NCBI RefSeq assembly: GCF_018350175.1
Contig: NC_058368.1
Coordinates: 137,208,001 to 137,272,000 of the forward strand
Reading direction: 5' to 3'
Origin: Felis catus
Lineage: Eukaryota
DNA: 64,000 nucleotides
How positions within the stretch are numbered: position 1 is the stretch's first letter; each line of letters begins with the position of its first letter. A program made the translations under genes and the position numbers. Of this stretch, positions 24,098-37,640 are shown piece after piece. The notes beneath the pieces were generated by a model. The model had not been told where the DNA came from, made no database searches, and worked only from the letters and a program-made list of their open reading frames with translations.

Positions 24098-27000
24098 TGG
24101 GATTATTTGGTTAATTTCTCTTTCTGCTGCTTCATTTTTGGTGTATAGAAATGCCACAGATTTCTCTACCTTGATTTTGTGTCCTGTGATTTTACTAAAT
24201 TCGTTTATCAGTTCTAGTAGAGTTTTGGTGGAGGCTTTGAAATGTTCATTATAGTATCATGTCATCTGCAAATAGTGAAAGTTTTACTTCTTACTTGTGG
24301 ATTTGGATGCCTTTTACTTCTTTTTGTTGTCTGGTTGCTATGTCTAGGACTTCCAATACTATGTTGAATAAAAGTGATGAGAGTGGACATCCTTGTCGTG
24401 TTCCTGCCTTAGGGTAAAAGCTGTTTTTCCCTACTTAGGATGATGTTAGCTGTGGGTTTTTGATACACAGCCTTTACTATGTTGAGGTATTTTCCCTCTA
24501 AATCTATTTTGTTGAGGGTTTTTTATCATGAATGTATGTTTTATCATGAATGTATGAATGTATGTTGTACTTTACCAAATGCTTTTTCTGTATCTGTTGA
24601 AATGATCATATAGTTCTTACCCTTTCTCTTATTGATGTGATGTATCACACTGATTGATTTGTGAATATTGAACTACCCTTACAACTCAGGAATAAATCCC
24701 ACTTGATCGTGATGAATGATATTTTAGTGTATTGTTGAATGCAATTTGCTAGTATTTTATTGAGGATTTTTGCATACATGTTCATCAGGGATATTGGCCT
24801 GTGGTTCTCTTTTTTAGTGGGGTCTTTACCTGGTTTTGATATCAGGGAGCTACTGGGTCATAGAATGAATTTGGAAATTTTCCTTCCTTTTCTATTTTTT
24901 GGAATAGTTTGAGAAGAATAGGTATTAGCTCTTCTTTAAATGTTTGATAGAATTCACCTGTGAAGCCATCTTGTTCTGGACTTCTGTTTCTTGGGAGTTT
25001 TTGATTTCTGATTCAATTTCTTTGCTGAGTATTGGTCTATTCAAATTTTCTATTTCTTCCTGTCTCAGTTCTGGTAGTTTATATGTTTCCAGAAATTTAT
25101 CCATTTCTTCTAGGTTGTCTAATTTGTTGGAATGTAGTTTTTCTTTTATAATTGTATTTCTGTGGTGTTGGTTGTTATTTCTCTTCTCTCATTTGTGATT
25201 TTATTTATTTGAATCCTTTCTCTTTTTCTCTTGATAAGTCTAGCTAGATGTTTATCAATTTTATTGATTTTTTTCAAAGAACCAGCTCCTGATTTCATTG
25301 ATCTGTTCTATTGTTTTTTCAGTTTGTATATCATTTATTTCTGCTTTAATATTTATTATTTTTTTCCTTCTGCTGGTTTTAGCTTTTGTTTATTGCTCTT
25401 TTTTCTGTCTCCTTTAGGTGTAAGGTTAGGTTGTTTATTTGAGATTTTTATTGCCTCTTGGTATAGGCCTGTACTGCTATAAACTTTCTTCTTAGAACCA
25501 CTTTTGCTGTATCTCACAGGTTTTGGACCATTGTGTTTTCATGTTCATTTGTTTCCATGTACTTTTTTATTTCTGCTCTTAATTCCTGGTCGAGCCATTC
25601 ATTGTTTAGTAGCATGTTATTTAACCTTCATGCATTTGTGGTCTTTCTATTTTTTCTTGTGGTTAACATCTACTTTCATAGCATTATGGTCAGAAAAGAT
25701 GCATGGTATGACTTCAATCTTGAATTTGTTGAAAATTTTTGTATGGGCTTATATGCGACCTATTCTGCAGACTGTTCCATGTGCACTTGAAAAGAATGTG
25801 TATTCTGGTGTTTTAGAATGCAACATCTGAATATATCTGTTAAATCCATCTCTTCAGCATGTCATTCAAAGCCATTGTTTCATTCTTGGTTTTGTGTTTA
25901 GATGATCTGTCCATTGATGTAAGTGAGGTGTTAAAGTGCCCTACTATTATTATATATTATCAATTAGTTGATCTAACAGTTGTTATTAACTGTTTTATGT
26001 ATTTGGGTGCTTCTACGTTGAGTAGATAAATATTTACAATCATTATATCTTCTTGTTGGCTCGACTCCTTTATTATTATATAGTGTCCTTCTTTGTCTCT
26101 TGTTACATTCTTTCTCTTAAAGTCTATTTTTTCTGATGTAAATATTGCTACTCCAGCTTTCTTTTGACTTCTATTTGCGTGGCACGTGTTTCTCCATCCC
26201 CTCACTTTCAATCTCTAGGTGTCTTTAGGTCTAAAATGAATCTTTTGTAGGCATCATATAGATGGGTCCTGTTTGTTTGTTTTTTTTAATCCATTCTGTC
26301 ATCCCATGTCTTTTGACTGGAGCATTTAGTCCATTTACATTCAAAGTAATCATTTATATATGTATTTATTGCCATTTATTACTTGTTTTGTGGTTGTTTC
26401 TGAAGATTTTCTCTGATCCCTTCTTGTCTTTCTCTCTTTCATGTTTTGCTGATTTTCTTGAGCAATATATTTGGATTTGTTTCTCTTTATTCTTTGCATA
26501 TTTATTAATGGTTTTTGATATGTAGTACCATTAGGTTTGTATATAACCTCTCCTGCAAATAGTAGTCTATATTAAATTGATGGTAGTTTAAGTTTGAACC
26601 CATTCTTTTCTCTCCCACCCACATTTTAGGCATATGTTATTATATTTTATATCCTTTGTGTATGTGTGTGTTCCTTGATTGATTTTTTAGGAAATATTTA
26701 TTTTTACTGCTTTGTGTTTCCTTACCTTTATATTGTCACCTTTGGTCTCTCCTTCCCATTCAAAGAATCCCCTTTAATATTTCTCGTAGGGTTGGTTTAG
26801 TGGTCATGAACTCCTTTAGTTTTTGTGTGTCTGGGAAACTTTTTATCTCTCCTCTGTTCCAAATGATAAGCTTGCTGGATAGAATATGCTTGGCTGAAGA
26901 TTTTTCCCATTTAGCACTTTGAATAGATTATTCTACTCTTTTCTGGCTTGCAAAGTTTCTGTTGAAAAATCTCCTGCTAGCCTTATGGGTTTTCCCTTGC

Positions 27001-29843
27001 AAGTAACTCACTTCTTTTGTCTTTCGGCTTTCAAAATGTTTTCTTTACCACTATATTTTACAAATTTAATTACAATGTGTCTTTGTGCAGGTCAACTTTT
27101 GTTGATTTTGATGGGAGTTGCCTGTGCCCCATTTCTCTCTCTTCTTCTTCTGGGACTCCTACAATATGAAAGTTATTACATTTGATTGAGTCACTGAGTT
27201 CCCTAAGTCTATTCTTATTTTGCATAATTCTTTATTCTCTCTTTTGTTCAGTTTGATTACTTTCCCTTACTCTATCTTCTAGATCATTAATTCATTCCTC
27301 TGTTTCTTCCATCCTGCTGTTCATTTCATCAAGCATGTTTCTCATTTCATTTATTAGGCCCTTTATCTCTGCTATGCTATTCCTTATCTCTGTGTTAAGG
27401 ATCTCATTAATGTCTTTCATTATTTTCTCAAGTCCAGTGTGTATCCTTATGATCATTGCTTTAAATTTTCTATAAGGCATGTTACTTGCATCTGTTTTGC
27501 TTAGATCTCTGGCCATGGCTCTGTCCTGTTCTTTCATTTGGAATAAATTTCTCTGTCTCCTCATTTTGTCTACCTCTCTGTGTCTATTTCTATGTGTTAA
27601 GAAAGTCACTTACATCTTCTGTTTTTGAAAGTAGTGACTTTATGCAGAAGGTTTCCTGGAGTTCCCTGCAGTGCAGTATCCCTGTTCACCAGAGCCTGGC
27701 ACTTCAGAAGAGCATTCTACGTGTGTTGTTTACACCCTGCTGCTGTGCCTGAGTCACTTTGCAGATTACTGCACTGACTCTCCGCCTGTTGTGGACTATG
27801 CTGGCTCTCCGTGTTGTTAGTGGGAACCAGGCAGACCAGTCCTGAAGGGGCATGCCCAATGGGGAAGTTGGAAGCAGGGCAGTGGTGTTAAGAAAATTTG
27901 TGCTGGGCCACTAGTCCTATGCCATATTCCCGAAAGCTCTACAGTGGCTAGGGACTGCAGGCTGGGGTAGCTAGAGGTGTAAGGCTGTGTCCAGTGCACA
28001 TGGCACCAAAATCTGCCCTGAGCTTGGGGCCAAGGCTAGCAAGCTTGAAGTGGGCAAGTCCTCAAGAGAACTCATGGGAGTGGCACACTGCTGGCTGGTT
28101 AGGTACCAAGTGTCTGTGCTGCACTGCCTCCCACAGGTGGCTCTGTGTTTATGCTGCTGGGCAGGGGAGGAAAATGATGCCTGCCAGCTCCCTCATGGAG
28201 AAGTCCCCCAACAAGCTCCTAAATCAGTATGAATAGATCTGTCTCCGTTTCCCCACCCCCACCCCCGGTGTTGTATAAACTGTCATTTTTACATTGCCTC
28301 TCTGCATAGGCTGCTGTCTCTTAGCAAGTGGTGACCCAGCTATCATTCACCATCCTGGCTCACCCAGTGCTGAGTCAGCTGACTTTTAAAGCTCCTGGCA
28401 CCAAGTCCCACTGGTTTTACAAACTCACAGAATTCAGTCCCTCTGGTCAAAGCCAAATGTTATAGGGATTAGTCTTTCTCATGTCAGCTCCCTGATGCAA
28501 GGGTCTGTTTCCCTGCCCTCTCCATAGACGCAGCCCCCTCCCTCCTGCCGGTGGCTTACCTCCACCTTTCTGACTTTCCTAATCTTTCAGATGCAGCTTC
28601 TCCTGTATATTTAGTTTGGAGTTTGCTCTGCCAGTCCTCAGATTGCTCTCAGGTTTATTGACTTGGATGTGGATGATACCTAGTTGTACATGTGGGACAG
28701 AGAGAGCTCAGGGTCCTCCTACTCCACCATCTTCCCACCAAATTAAGATTTCTCAACACATACCCTCCAGTTAAATGAATGACTACAATAACAGAATCAT
28801 AATTTTCAATGATGCAAAAAAAAGATTAAATAAGCCATCAACTTCAGAGGATTTATTTTTTTCAGTGTATTTTTATTAGAAGAGCAGCAATACACAATTT
28901 ACCTATATTAAAGCAATTCATTTCTAAAGACCAACGTTTCAATGACAAATGCCAGTAAATGACTTTTACTGTCATATATGTTACACCTTTTATAGCTGTT
29001 TTAGCAAGAAACTTTTCAGATGTCTTCATTTATCTTCTCTATTTGTTCTTAAAAGGAATTTTTCTGAAACATAATACTTCTTAAAATCAAGTCCTAATCC
29101 AATAGATTTAAATTTCTACATTCTGTATACTCCAGGGGAAAAAATAATTGGATTATGCTTTCTCATTCATGACTATTTAAGTATTCTGTTTCTGAGGTTA
29201 CATTTTAGTATGTTTTTATGTTTTATTCAGGACACAATGTTCCAGCAAATATCACAAACCCAAATCAATGGCTTATACTGACATTAAATATGCTATTAAC
29301 ATGCTTGCTCCCAGAAAAGTTCAATGAGAAGCTGTCAGCAAACCTGTAGAGAAAGCCTTACTGCATTCAAAATAAATGATAAAAGAGGAGCCAGAAATAA
29401 CTTAAAACTTTTAGGATAATGAAGAGAAGAAAAAGTAGTATGAAAATATCTAGCTCTCTGCTTGGCAAACAAAAATTACTCCAATTTTCATATGCCTTGA
29501 GCTGACAACAAAACAAAGTTCATGTCATTTTCCACAGTAATCATGAGGCTGTTCCTTTCACCTCTGTGACCTGGGTGCTTACAGTGTAATGACTAACACC
29601 AGAGCCCTGGTCTTTAATGTCCCCATCACCATGAGCAGCAATGAGATCCCACACAGCAGCTCTCTAAAAAATAGCATCAGAAGCTCAGCAACTTGAATAC
29701 AGCAACAAAAAAGAAGATAGCATATCTCAGGTTATAGAATTATTTAATTGTTTTTTTATTCATTCACTTACAAAACAGAGAATGTGTGCTGGCCAAGTCT
29801 TTGAAAGGCAATACATGGCCCACCAGCTGAGATTCACCTTTAA

Positions 29844-30060
29844 TTATTTATTTTTTTAATGTTTTATTTATTTTTGAGACAGAGGGAGACAGAGCATGAG
29901 CAGGGGAGGGGCAGAGAGAGAGGGAGACACAGAATCCGAAGCAGGTTCCAGGCTCTGAGCTGTCAGCACAGAGCCCGACATGGGGCTCGAACTCACGGAC
30001 CGTGAGATCATGCCCTAAGCCAAAGTCAGGCGCTTACCTGACTGAGCCACCCAGGCGCCC
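29844..30060 (-). mobile_element. Young CAN-SINE
   Basis: TSD gattcacctttaa at 29831-29843 and 30064-30076. Confidence 0.95.
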
Positions 30061-30286
30061 TGGGATTCACCTTTAAAATGAAGGAGAAGGAAGGCTGAGG
30101 ATAACCCAAGGAAGCTGAGTGAGCAAGAGCTTCTCAGTACTGGGAAGTGAAGAATGAGATCTTCTGCTGAGTTGGCTTCTGAGCTCTTTTCTGTAGAAGA
30201 CTTTGGCAACACACCTGAGGCCAATAGTGCATTCAATAACGTTTCAGTTCAGAAGAGGATGCACTGTTGACAGGAGGTCATGGAAT

Positions 30287-30563
30287 ATATATATATGGAA
30301 TTATATATAATATATATATTATATGTTTATATATATATAAATATAATATATATATAAGTTTATTTTATATTTATTTTTGAGAGAGACAGAGACAGCACAA
30401 TTTGGGGAGGGGCAGAGAGAGGGGAAGAGAGAGAATCCCAAGCAGGCTCTGCACTGTCAGCACAGAGCCAGATGAGGGGCTCTAACTCATGAAACTGTGA
30501 GATCATGACCTGAGCCAAAACCAAGAGTTGTGCACTTAACCGACTGAGCCATCCAGACACCCC
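30287..30563 (-). mobile_element. CAN-SINE with adjacent (TA)n tract
   Basis: TA-rich 30287-30356, then SINE body to ccatccagacacccc. Confidence 0.88.
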
Positions 30564-31708
30564 TGTTTGAGTTCATTTTTGAGGCTGTCTAATAATAGTT
30601 CACATTCATAATGATGACCCCAGAGTCAATCAGAAGGTATTAATCATATTCATTTACCTCTTTTAAGAAATGCAAGATAAAGGAAATTCTTTTTTGAAAG
30701 GTTTTCATTAAAAAAATTGTTGTATATTTTTAACATCTTCACTGAGGTATAATTTATATACATATTTAAAGTATACACTTGGGAGTTTCGACATAAGTAT
30801 ATATCTGTGAAACCATCACAACTAAGATAATGAAAATACTCATTAATTCTGAACAATTACGCATGCCCCCTTAGAACGCCCCTTTCTTGTATCTCTGTCC
30901 CCATGACCAATCCTAAAACAACTACAGATCTATCTTCTATTTCTGTAGATTAGTTTGCATTTTCTACAATTTTATATCAATGAAATCATACCTTACATAC
31001 CCTTTTTTGTTTGTCATCTTTCACTCAGCATGATTATTTTGAAATTCATATATACTGTGTATATCATTAGTTCAGTCTTTTAAAATTGCTGAATTAAATA
31101 AAAAATATAAATAATAAATAAAAATAAAATAAAATAAAATAAAATTGCCAAATAGAATTCCATTATATGAATATATCACAGTTTCTTTGTCTTTTCATCT
31201 TTCGTTGGATATTTAAGTTGTTTCCAGTTAGAGTTATTAAAAATAAAGCTCTAAGAACAATTTGGATATAAGTCTTTGTATGAACATAAGATTTTACTTC
31301 TCTTGTGTTAATAGCTAAGATTGGGATGACTGGATCATACAGTAGGTGTTGTTTAAGTAACCACCAAACTTTTTGGGGGTTTTCTGGGGTTTTTTTTAGT
31401 GGTTGTACCATTTTACATTTCTACCAGCTGTGCATGAGAGTTCTGGTTGTTCCACATTCACACCAACACATGGTAGAATCAGTCATTTTATATGTACACA
31501 TTCTAATAAACAATGTAATGGTATCTCAATGTAATTTTAATTTGTATTTTCCCAAGACTAACGGTGTTGAGCACATTGTCATGTGCTTATTTGTCATCCA
31601 TATATCTTTTTTGGTGAAACGAGTGTCTAAGTCTTTTATTCATTTTTTAACCCGGTTGTTTGTTTTCTTATTATTAAGTTTTTCTTATTATTAAGAGAGT
31701 TCTTTATA

Positions 31709-32189
31709 TAGATCTTCCTCAACTTAGAATGCGGTTATGTTCTGATAAACCCATCCTAAGTTGAAAATACTGTTAAATTGAAAATGCATTTAAAACGGAT
31801 TTTGCTAAGCTTTCTTAGCCCAGCTGCCTTAAACATTCTCAGAACACTTATATTGGCCTTCAGTTGAGAAAATCATTAAACACAAAGACTATTTGAAAAT
31901 AAAGTATTGAATTTCATGTAATTTATCAAATACTGTACTGAAAGTGAAAAATAGGATGGTTGTCTGGGTACAGACTGGTTGTAAGTTTATCAGTTGTTGA
32001 CCCTGGTGATCATGTGGTTGACAGAGCTGTAGCTCACTGCACTTCCCAGCATCATGAGGGAGTATCTTCACTAGCAAGCAAAAAATCAAAAGTCAAAATT
32101 CAAAGTATAGTTTCAGCTGAATACATATCTCTTCATACCATCATAAAGTGGAAACATTGAAAGTCAAGCCATCCTAAGTCTGGCATCTG
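31709..32189. mobile_element. Tigger3/Golem-like (TcMar-Tigger) DNA transposon inserted in L1
   Basis: Start tagatcttcctcaacttagaatgcggttatgttctgataaacccatcctaagttgaaaat; end catcctaagtctggcatctg (inverted termini); TA on both sides; the L1 sequence resumes after it. Confidence 0.8.
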
Positions 32190-32570
32190 TACATTCTTGA
32201 TACATACAAATCCTTTGTCAGATATATAATTTGCAATTATTTCCTCCCAATAATTGGTTTGTCTTTTCATTCTCTTAACATTGTCTTTTGAAGAGCAGAA
32301 GTTCTTAATTCTAATCCAGTACATTTTCATTTGCGATCTTATGAATCATGTTTTTGATGTTGTCTCTAAGAAGTCTTTGCCTATTTTAAGGCCAGAAAGA
32401 TTTTTGTCCCATGTTTTCTTCTAGAAGTTTTTTTTTAGTTTTAGGTTTTACATTAATGTCTGTTGTCCATTTTGATCCAATTAATTGAATAAATTTTTAT
32501 ATAGGATGTCACAGCTTTATTTTTTATATTCTATTGTGACAAAATCATTTGTTAAAAGGAGTACCTTTCT

Positions 32571-32787
32571 GGGGGTGCATGGGTGGTTCAGTAGGCTGAG
32601 TGTCAGACCTTGGCTCAGGTCATGATCTCATGGTTCATGGGTTCGAGTCCCACATCGGGCTCTGTGCTGACAGCTCAGAGCCTGGAGGCTGCTTCTGATT
32701 CTGTGTCTCTCTCTCTCTGCCCCTCCCTGGCTCACACTGTCTCTTTCTGTCTCCCAGAAATAAATAAACATAAAAATTTTTTTTTTA
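32571..32787 (+). mobile_element. CAN-SINE
   Basis: TSD aaaaggagt(a/t)cctttct. Confidence 0.92.
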
Positions 32788-33831
32788 AAAAGGAGTTCCT
32801 TTCTCCATTGAAATGTCTTTGCTACCTTCTCAAAAGTCAGTTGACTCTATATCTATGGGTCAATTTCTGGACTCTATTATGTTCCATTGATTTATTTGTC
32901 CATTTTTATGCCAATACCACTATTGACCTGATTACCGTAGCTGTATAGTAAGTCTTAAAATCAGGTAGCATTAGCCTCCAACTTAATTCTTTTGGAAGTT
33001 GTTTGGCTATTCTAGTCCCTTTGCATTTTCATATGAATTTTAGAACCAGCTTATCAATTTATATTTAAAACCTATGGGAATCTAGATTTGGGTTGCATTG
33101 AATCTATGAGTCAATTTGGGAAGAATTGAAATCTTTAAAATTGTGAGCCTTCCAATCCATGAAGACAGTGTATCTCTCCGTGGTTTAGGTCATCTTTAAT
33201 CCTCTCATCAATATTTTGTAGTTTTCAATGCAGGGTCTCACCCATACTTTTGATGCTGTTGTAAATGGTATTTTTAAAATTCAATTTCACATTGCTTGCT
33301 GCTGGTATATAGAAATACAGTTCTATTTATATGTTGATCTTGTAACCTGCAACCTTGCAAGCTCACTTACTAGTTTTAACAGCTTTTTTGTACAGTCCAT
33401 AGGATCTTCCGTAAGACGTGGAAATGTGAATAAATGTACAATCCAAAGGATTTTCCATGAGACATGATCTGTGAATAAAGGCAATTTTACTTCTTTTTTA
33501 ATCTAGATGCTTTTTATTTCTTATTCTTGCCTTATTGCACTGACTGGAACATCCAGTTGTAGAGAAGTGTGATCCAGTTGTATAGAAGTAAGATAACAAC
33601 TTTGTTGCTTATCTTAGAAAGAATTTTGTATTTTTGTATTTAAGTATGATAGTAGTTCTGTATTGTTCATAAATGTCCTTAATTGGTTGAGGAAGTTCCT
33701 CTTCTATACCTAGTTTGCTAACAGGCTATTTTTATTGTTGTTGTTATTGTTACTGTTTTTAATCAGGAATGGACATTGAACTTTGTCAAAGCTTTTTCTG
33801 CATCTTTTGAAATGATTGGTATGGTTATTTT

Positions 33832-34182
33832 TTTAATTTTTAAAAAATGTTTATTTTTGAAAGAAAGAGTGGGGTAGGGGCAGAGACAGAGAGAGTCAAA
33901 CGCTCACCTGGTTACTGCAGGGGCACCTGGGTGGCTCAGTCAGGTGGGCGTTCGACTTCGACTCAGGTCATGATCTGGCAGTCTGTGGCTTCTAGCCCCG
34001 CATCGGGCTTTGTGCTGACAGTTCAGAGCCTGGAGCCTGCTTTGGATTCTGGATTCTGTATCTCCCTCTATCAAAAGATGCAGAAAAAGCTTGGACAAAA
34101 TTCAATGTCCATTCCTGAATAAAAGCAACAACAACAAAAATAACTAGTTTGCATCTGGGAGTAGTTTGCATCTGGGTGCCCC
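33832..34182. mobile_element. Rearranged CAN-SINE (3' part on -, 5' part on +) with inverted flank copy
   Basis: See finding; TSD tg(g/a)tatggtta(t/a)ttt at 33817-33831 and 34183-34197. Confidence 0.75.
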
Positions 34183-34360
34183 TGATATGGTTAATTTTAA
34201 GGTTGTTATTATAGTAAAATATATTGATTATATTAGTGTTCAAATGTTAAACTTGCTTTGCATTCCTGATATGATGTATAATCATTTTTTATATTGCAGG
34301 GTTTGATTTGCTAAAATTCTGTTAAGAATCTGCATCTATGTTCATGAAGGATATTAGTTT

Positions 34361-35006
34361 TAAGAGCTGAACTGAGCTGGAGGGAGCTTAGCTGCCAGGT
34401 GTCAACTAAGAAAAGCCAGAATGAAAGTCATAGTCAAGCCTGTAATCAATTACTGTTAGCAAACGGCTAAACAGGAGAAAATGCCAGCTTCTTCAGTGTT
34501 CCACTTTTTTCCCCAGGAACATGGCCAGTGAGGGTCAGATTTATCAGCACAAACTGAGAGAATGGTCTCACTGCTGAGGGAGCCCCATACAAAAGACTGC
34601 TGCCATTTTATGGACCCAGAGAGTGGGGTTGAGGGAGGAGGGAAGGGCCAGGAGTGGAAAAGTACTGAGTACTAAGTCAGAGTGGAGAAAAAAGTCCTTA
34701 AGTCTTCCCCTTCCTCTTTCCATCCCAGTAAAAAGAGTGATGTTGGCAGAGATACCTGAAGAAGGCCTTGGCCAAAGGACCCCAATAAAGAGGCCCTAAG
34801 TGGAGGCACCTGGGTTAGGAACGCATCTATGATTAAGAGTTTGGTCAGCGAGGGGAGTCTGAGTCCTTGATTGCAACTTCCTTCAGGGACTGCGGTGTCC
34901 TGTGGAGGTGGCAGCTTGTTTCCATAATTCCTGTGAGGTAAAGCCTTTGTAATTACCTATGGTCAGAGCTGGAAGATCTGGAATTCTGGTCAGGAGCCAG
35001 ACCTTA
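34361..35006. mobile_element. Probable solo LTR (about 646 bp) interrupting L1
   Basis: GC-richer block splitting the L1 motif gatattagtt|tgtgatttt; inverted termini TAAG...CTTA; flanks agttt/ggttt. Confidence 0.5.
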
Positions 35007-35983
35007 GGTTTGTGATTTTTTTTTTCTTGTAATATTTTTGCTAGATTTTGATGTCAGAGCAATGCTGGTCCCATGAAATGAGTGGAAATATTCTCTCTTT
35101 TCAATGTTCTGGAAGAGTTTGTGTAGGTTTGGACTGTTTTTGTCTTAAATGTTTGGTAGAATTTACCAGTGAGGTTACCTGGGCCTGGAGTTTTCTTTCT
35201 GAGATTTATATACTACAGACCTGATTTTAGTGGCTTATAGGGATATTTAGGCTATCTATTGTTTTCTTGAGGGAACTTTGATAATTTGTGTCTTTTAAGA
35301 AATTTGTCCATGTAATCTATTGTTGACTTTACTGCCAAAAACCTATTCATGCTTTTCCCTTATCCTTTTACTGTTTCTACGATCTGTAGTGATGTCGCCT
35401 CTCTCAATCCTGATCACTCTGGCCGCGCGGTTATCAATTTTATTGATGCCAATCAGGTTTTTGCTTCATTCATTTTTCTCTATTATTTTTCTCTTTTTTT
35501 TCTTGTCATTCGTTTACTCTTGTTTTACAAGATTCTTAAGGTGGACATTAAGGTCATTGATATGAGACCTTTCTTTTGTTCTGTTCTAACATAGTTAATT
35601 AGTGCTATATATTTCCTTTTAAATCCTGCTTAAACTGCATCCCACAGATTTCGATATGTCATATTTTCATTTTCTTCAGTTCAAAATGCTTTGTAGTTTC
35701 TTTTTTAATTTCTTCTTCTTGTTATGGCTTCAAATTCACTACTTCTGTAGTAGCTAATCTGCCATTAATATGATCTAGTATATTTTTCATATTATTGGTT
35801 TTTTCACCTCTAAAATTTCAATTTGGGTCTTTTTAAATATATTTCATGTTTCTACTTAATATGTTAAATCTTTCATTTAGCCTTTTGAATATATAGCATA
35901 TAGCTATTGCTATTTTAATGTCCTTTTCTACCAATTCCATTATTTGTGCCATTTTTGGTCCATTTCTTTTGATAAATTTTTTA

Positions 35984-36118
35984 TGGGTATTTTATTTTAT
36001 TTTATTTTCAATATATGAAATTTATAGTCAAATTGGTTTCCATACAACACCCAGTGCTCATCCCAAAAGGTGCCCTCCTCAGTACCCATCACCCACCCTC
36101 CCCTCCCTCCCACCCCCC
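35984..36118 (-). mobile_element. Young feline L1 3' end (about 135 bp, 5'-truncated)
   Basis: caatatatgaaatttatagtcaaattggtttccatacaacacccagtgctcatccc; perfect 15-nt TSD ttgataaatttttta at 35969-35983 and 36119-36133. Confidence 0.88.
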
Positions 36119-37289
36119 TTGATAAATTTTTTAACCTTATGAGTTGTATTTCCCTCCTTCTTTGATGCTCTTGTTACCAGATGCCAAGTATTTACCATGT
36201 TGTTTAGCTTTGCTCTGGAATGTAGTCCAGTTACTTGTACACTTCAGGTCTTACTTTAAGGTTTTATTAGGCAGGACCAAACCAACATTTAGAACAGAGC
36301 TAATTTTGTTCTGCTATTGAGAGAAAACGTCTCTGAGTACTTCATCTGATGCCCCAGGAATTACGTTTTCTACCCCTACTGGTGAAAACAGGCACGATTC
36401 CCTATGCTGGGTGATCCAGAGAGATTGCTGCCTCTACCTGTTCTGAGTGGTTCTTCCCTCCATTACATTTGGTTTGTACATCTGCATGAGTGGGCCAGTA
36501 TTCCACTAATCCTCAAGGAGACCCTGAGCAGACCTCTAAATTTCTGCATCTCCCGCTTTTCTGGTACTCTGTCCCTTGAATTCTTAACCATCTGGCCTTC
36601 CTGGACTTCTGGCTTCAGCCCCTTATATTCAGGGAGTCTGCTCACCTCTGGTCTGGGTTCCCCTCCCTGCACCATACATAACCTAGAAACTATCTTAAGA
36701 CGCTAAGTTGGGCTGATTATAGGACTCATGTTGCTTCTGTATCATCTCTCAGAGATAACTGTTTTTCATTATCTAATGTCTAGTATCTTGATAACCATTC
36801 TTTCATGTATTTTGTTCCGCTTGTGAGTTATTTCAGGTAAGAAGGTAAATCTAATCATTATTACCCCATTTGGGCCAGAAACAAAGGTCCAAAAAATAGG
36901 TAAATATCGTAATATCAGCAAAATAGCTTTTTTTAAAGTTAAAGTATTTAAAAATAAACTTCCATTACACAAACGTCTACTTTTTCCTCCAAGATGGCAG
37001 GTAAACCAGATTTTAATATAAATCGGCATTCATCATGAAATTGTCCAGCTGTAAACACCAGGAAATAATGGACTTTGCACTAAGAGTTTTATAGATCGTG
37101 ATGCACATTTTCAAGGAGCAACAGGAAGAGATCAATAAACAATTAACTTATTTGAGAAGTCAACCTTTGAGATGTTACCAGACTGTTGAGCTTTGAATGT
37201 CTTCTCTAGATGGTGCCTAATAAACACGAAGGAAGCCTCCGCACCTGGACGCACACCCCTTGCGAGCACCTCCTTGTGAGGTGCCTTTC

Positions 37290-37640
37290 ACCTATTCAAT
37301 AAATATTTACTGAGTTCCTTCTATCTGTCAGCGACTTTTCAAGGCTATGAAGATAAAGTAGGGAACAAAACAAAGGTCTCATCCTTCATGGAACTTGGTA
37401 GATAAAACAGACTCTACACCAACAAAAAATAGTTCCACTGAGAAAAATGAAATCGGGGTAAGGGGTTAGAGAGCTTCATTTTTAGCTTGGGTTGTCAGGG
37501 AAAGCCTCTCTGAGCAGGTTACATTGGATGTGAATGAAGTGAGAGGATGCCATGTGAAACTCTACAGAAGAACATTCTGGAGAAAGGGAACAAGTGCAAA
37601 TATCCTGAGGTACAAATGAGTTGGGCTGATTTAAGGATTC
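37290..37640 (-). mobile_element. L2 fragment
   Basis: attcaataaatatttactgag...gtcagggaaagcctctctgagcagg...gaacattctggagaaagggaacaagtgcaaa. Confidence 0.75.

Larger units (their letters stand above)
21071..28742 (-). mobile_element. Full-length, inactivated carnivore LINE-1 containing four nested SINEs
   Basis: 5' end (rc) ggtgggaagatggtggagtaggaggaccctgagctc. ORF1 relic MRRQRNLFQMKEQD (27292-27609), endonuclease relic GWRNTCHANRSQKKAGVAI (25960-26211), ORF2 C-terminal relic [19 protein letters not shown] (22010-22378), 3'UTR. TSD ttaagatttct at 21060-21070 and 28743-28753. ORFs broken by stops and frameshifts. Confidence 0.93.
30720..36880 (-). mobile_element. Old L1M element(s), 3'UTR through ORF2 to ORF1/5' relics, with multiple nested insertions
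   Basis: ORF2 relics such as LLYDPVIPILAINTREVKSYVHTKT (31163-31411) and IKNFCSSKDNVKRMKRQ (32133-32330); L1M 3'UTR motifs at 30730-31100. Confidence 0.75.
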
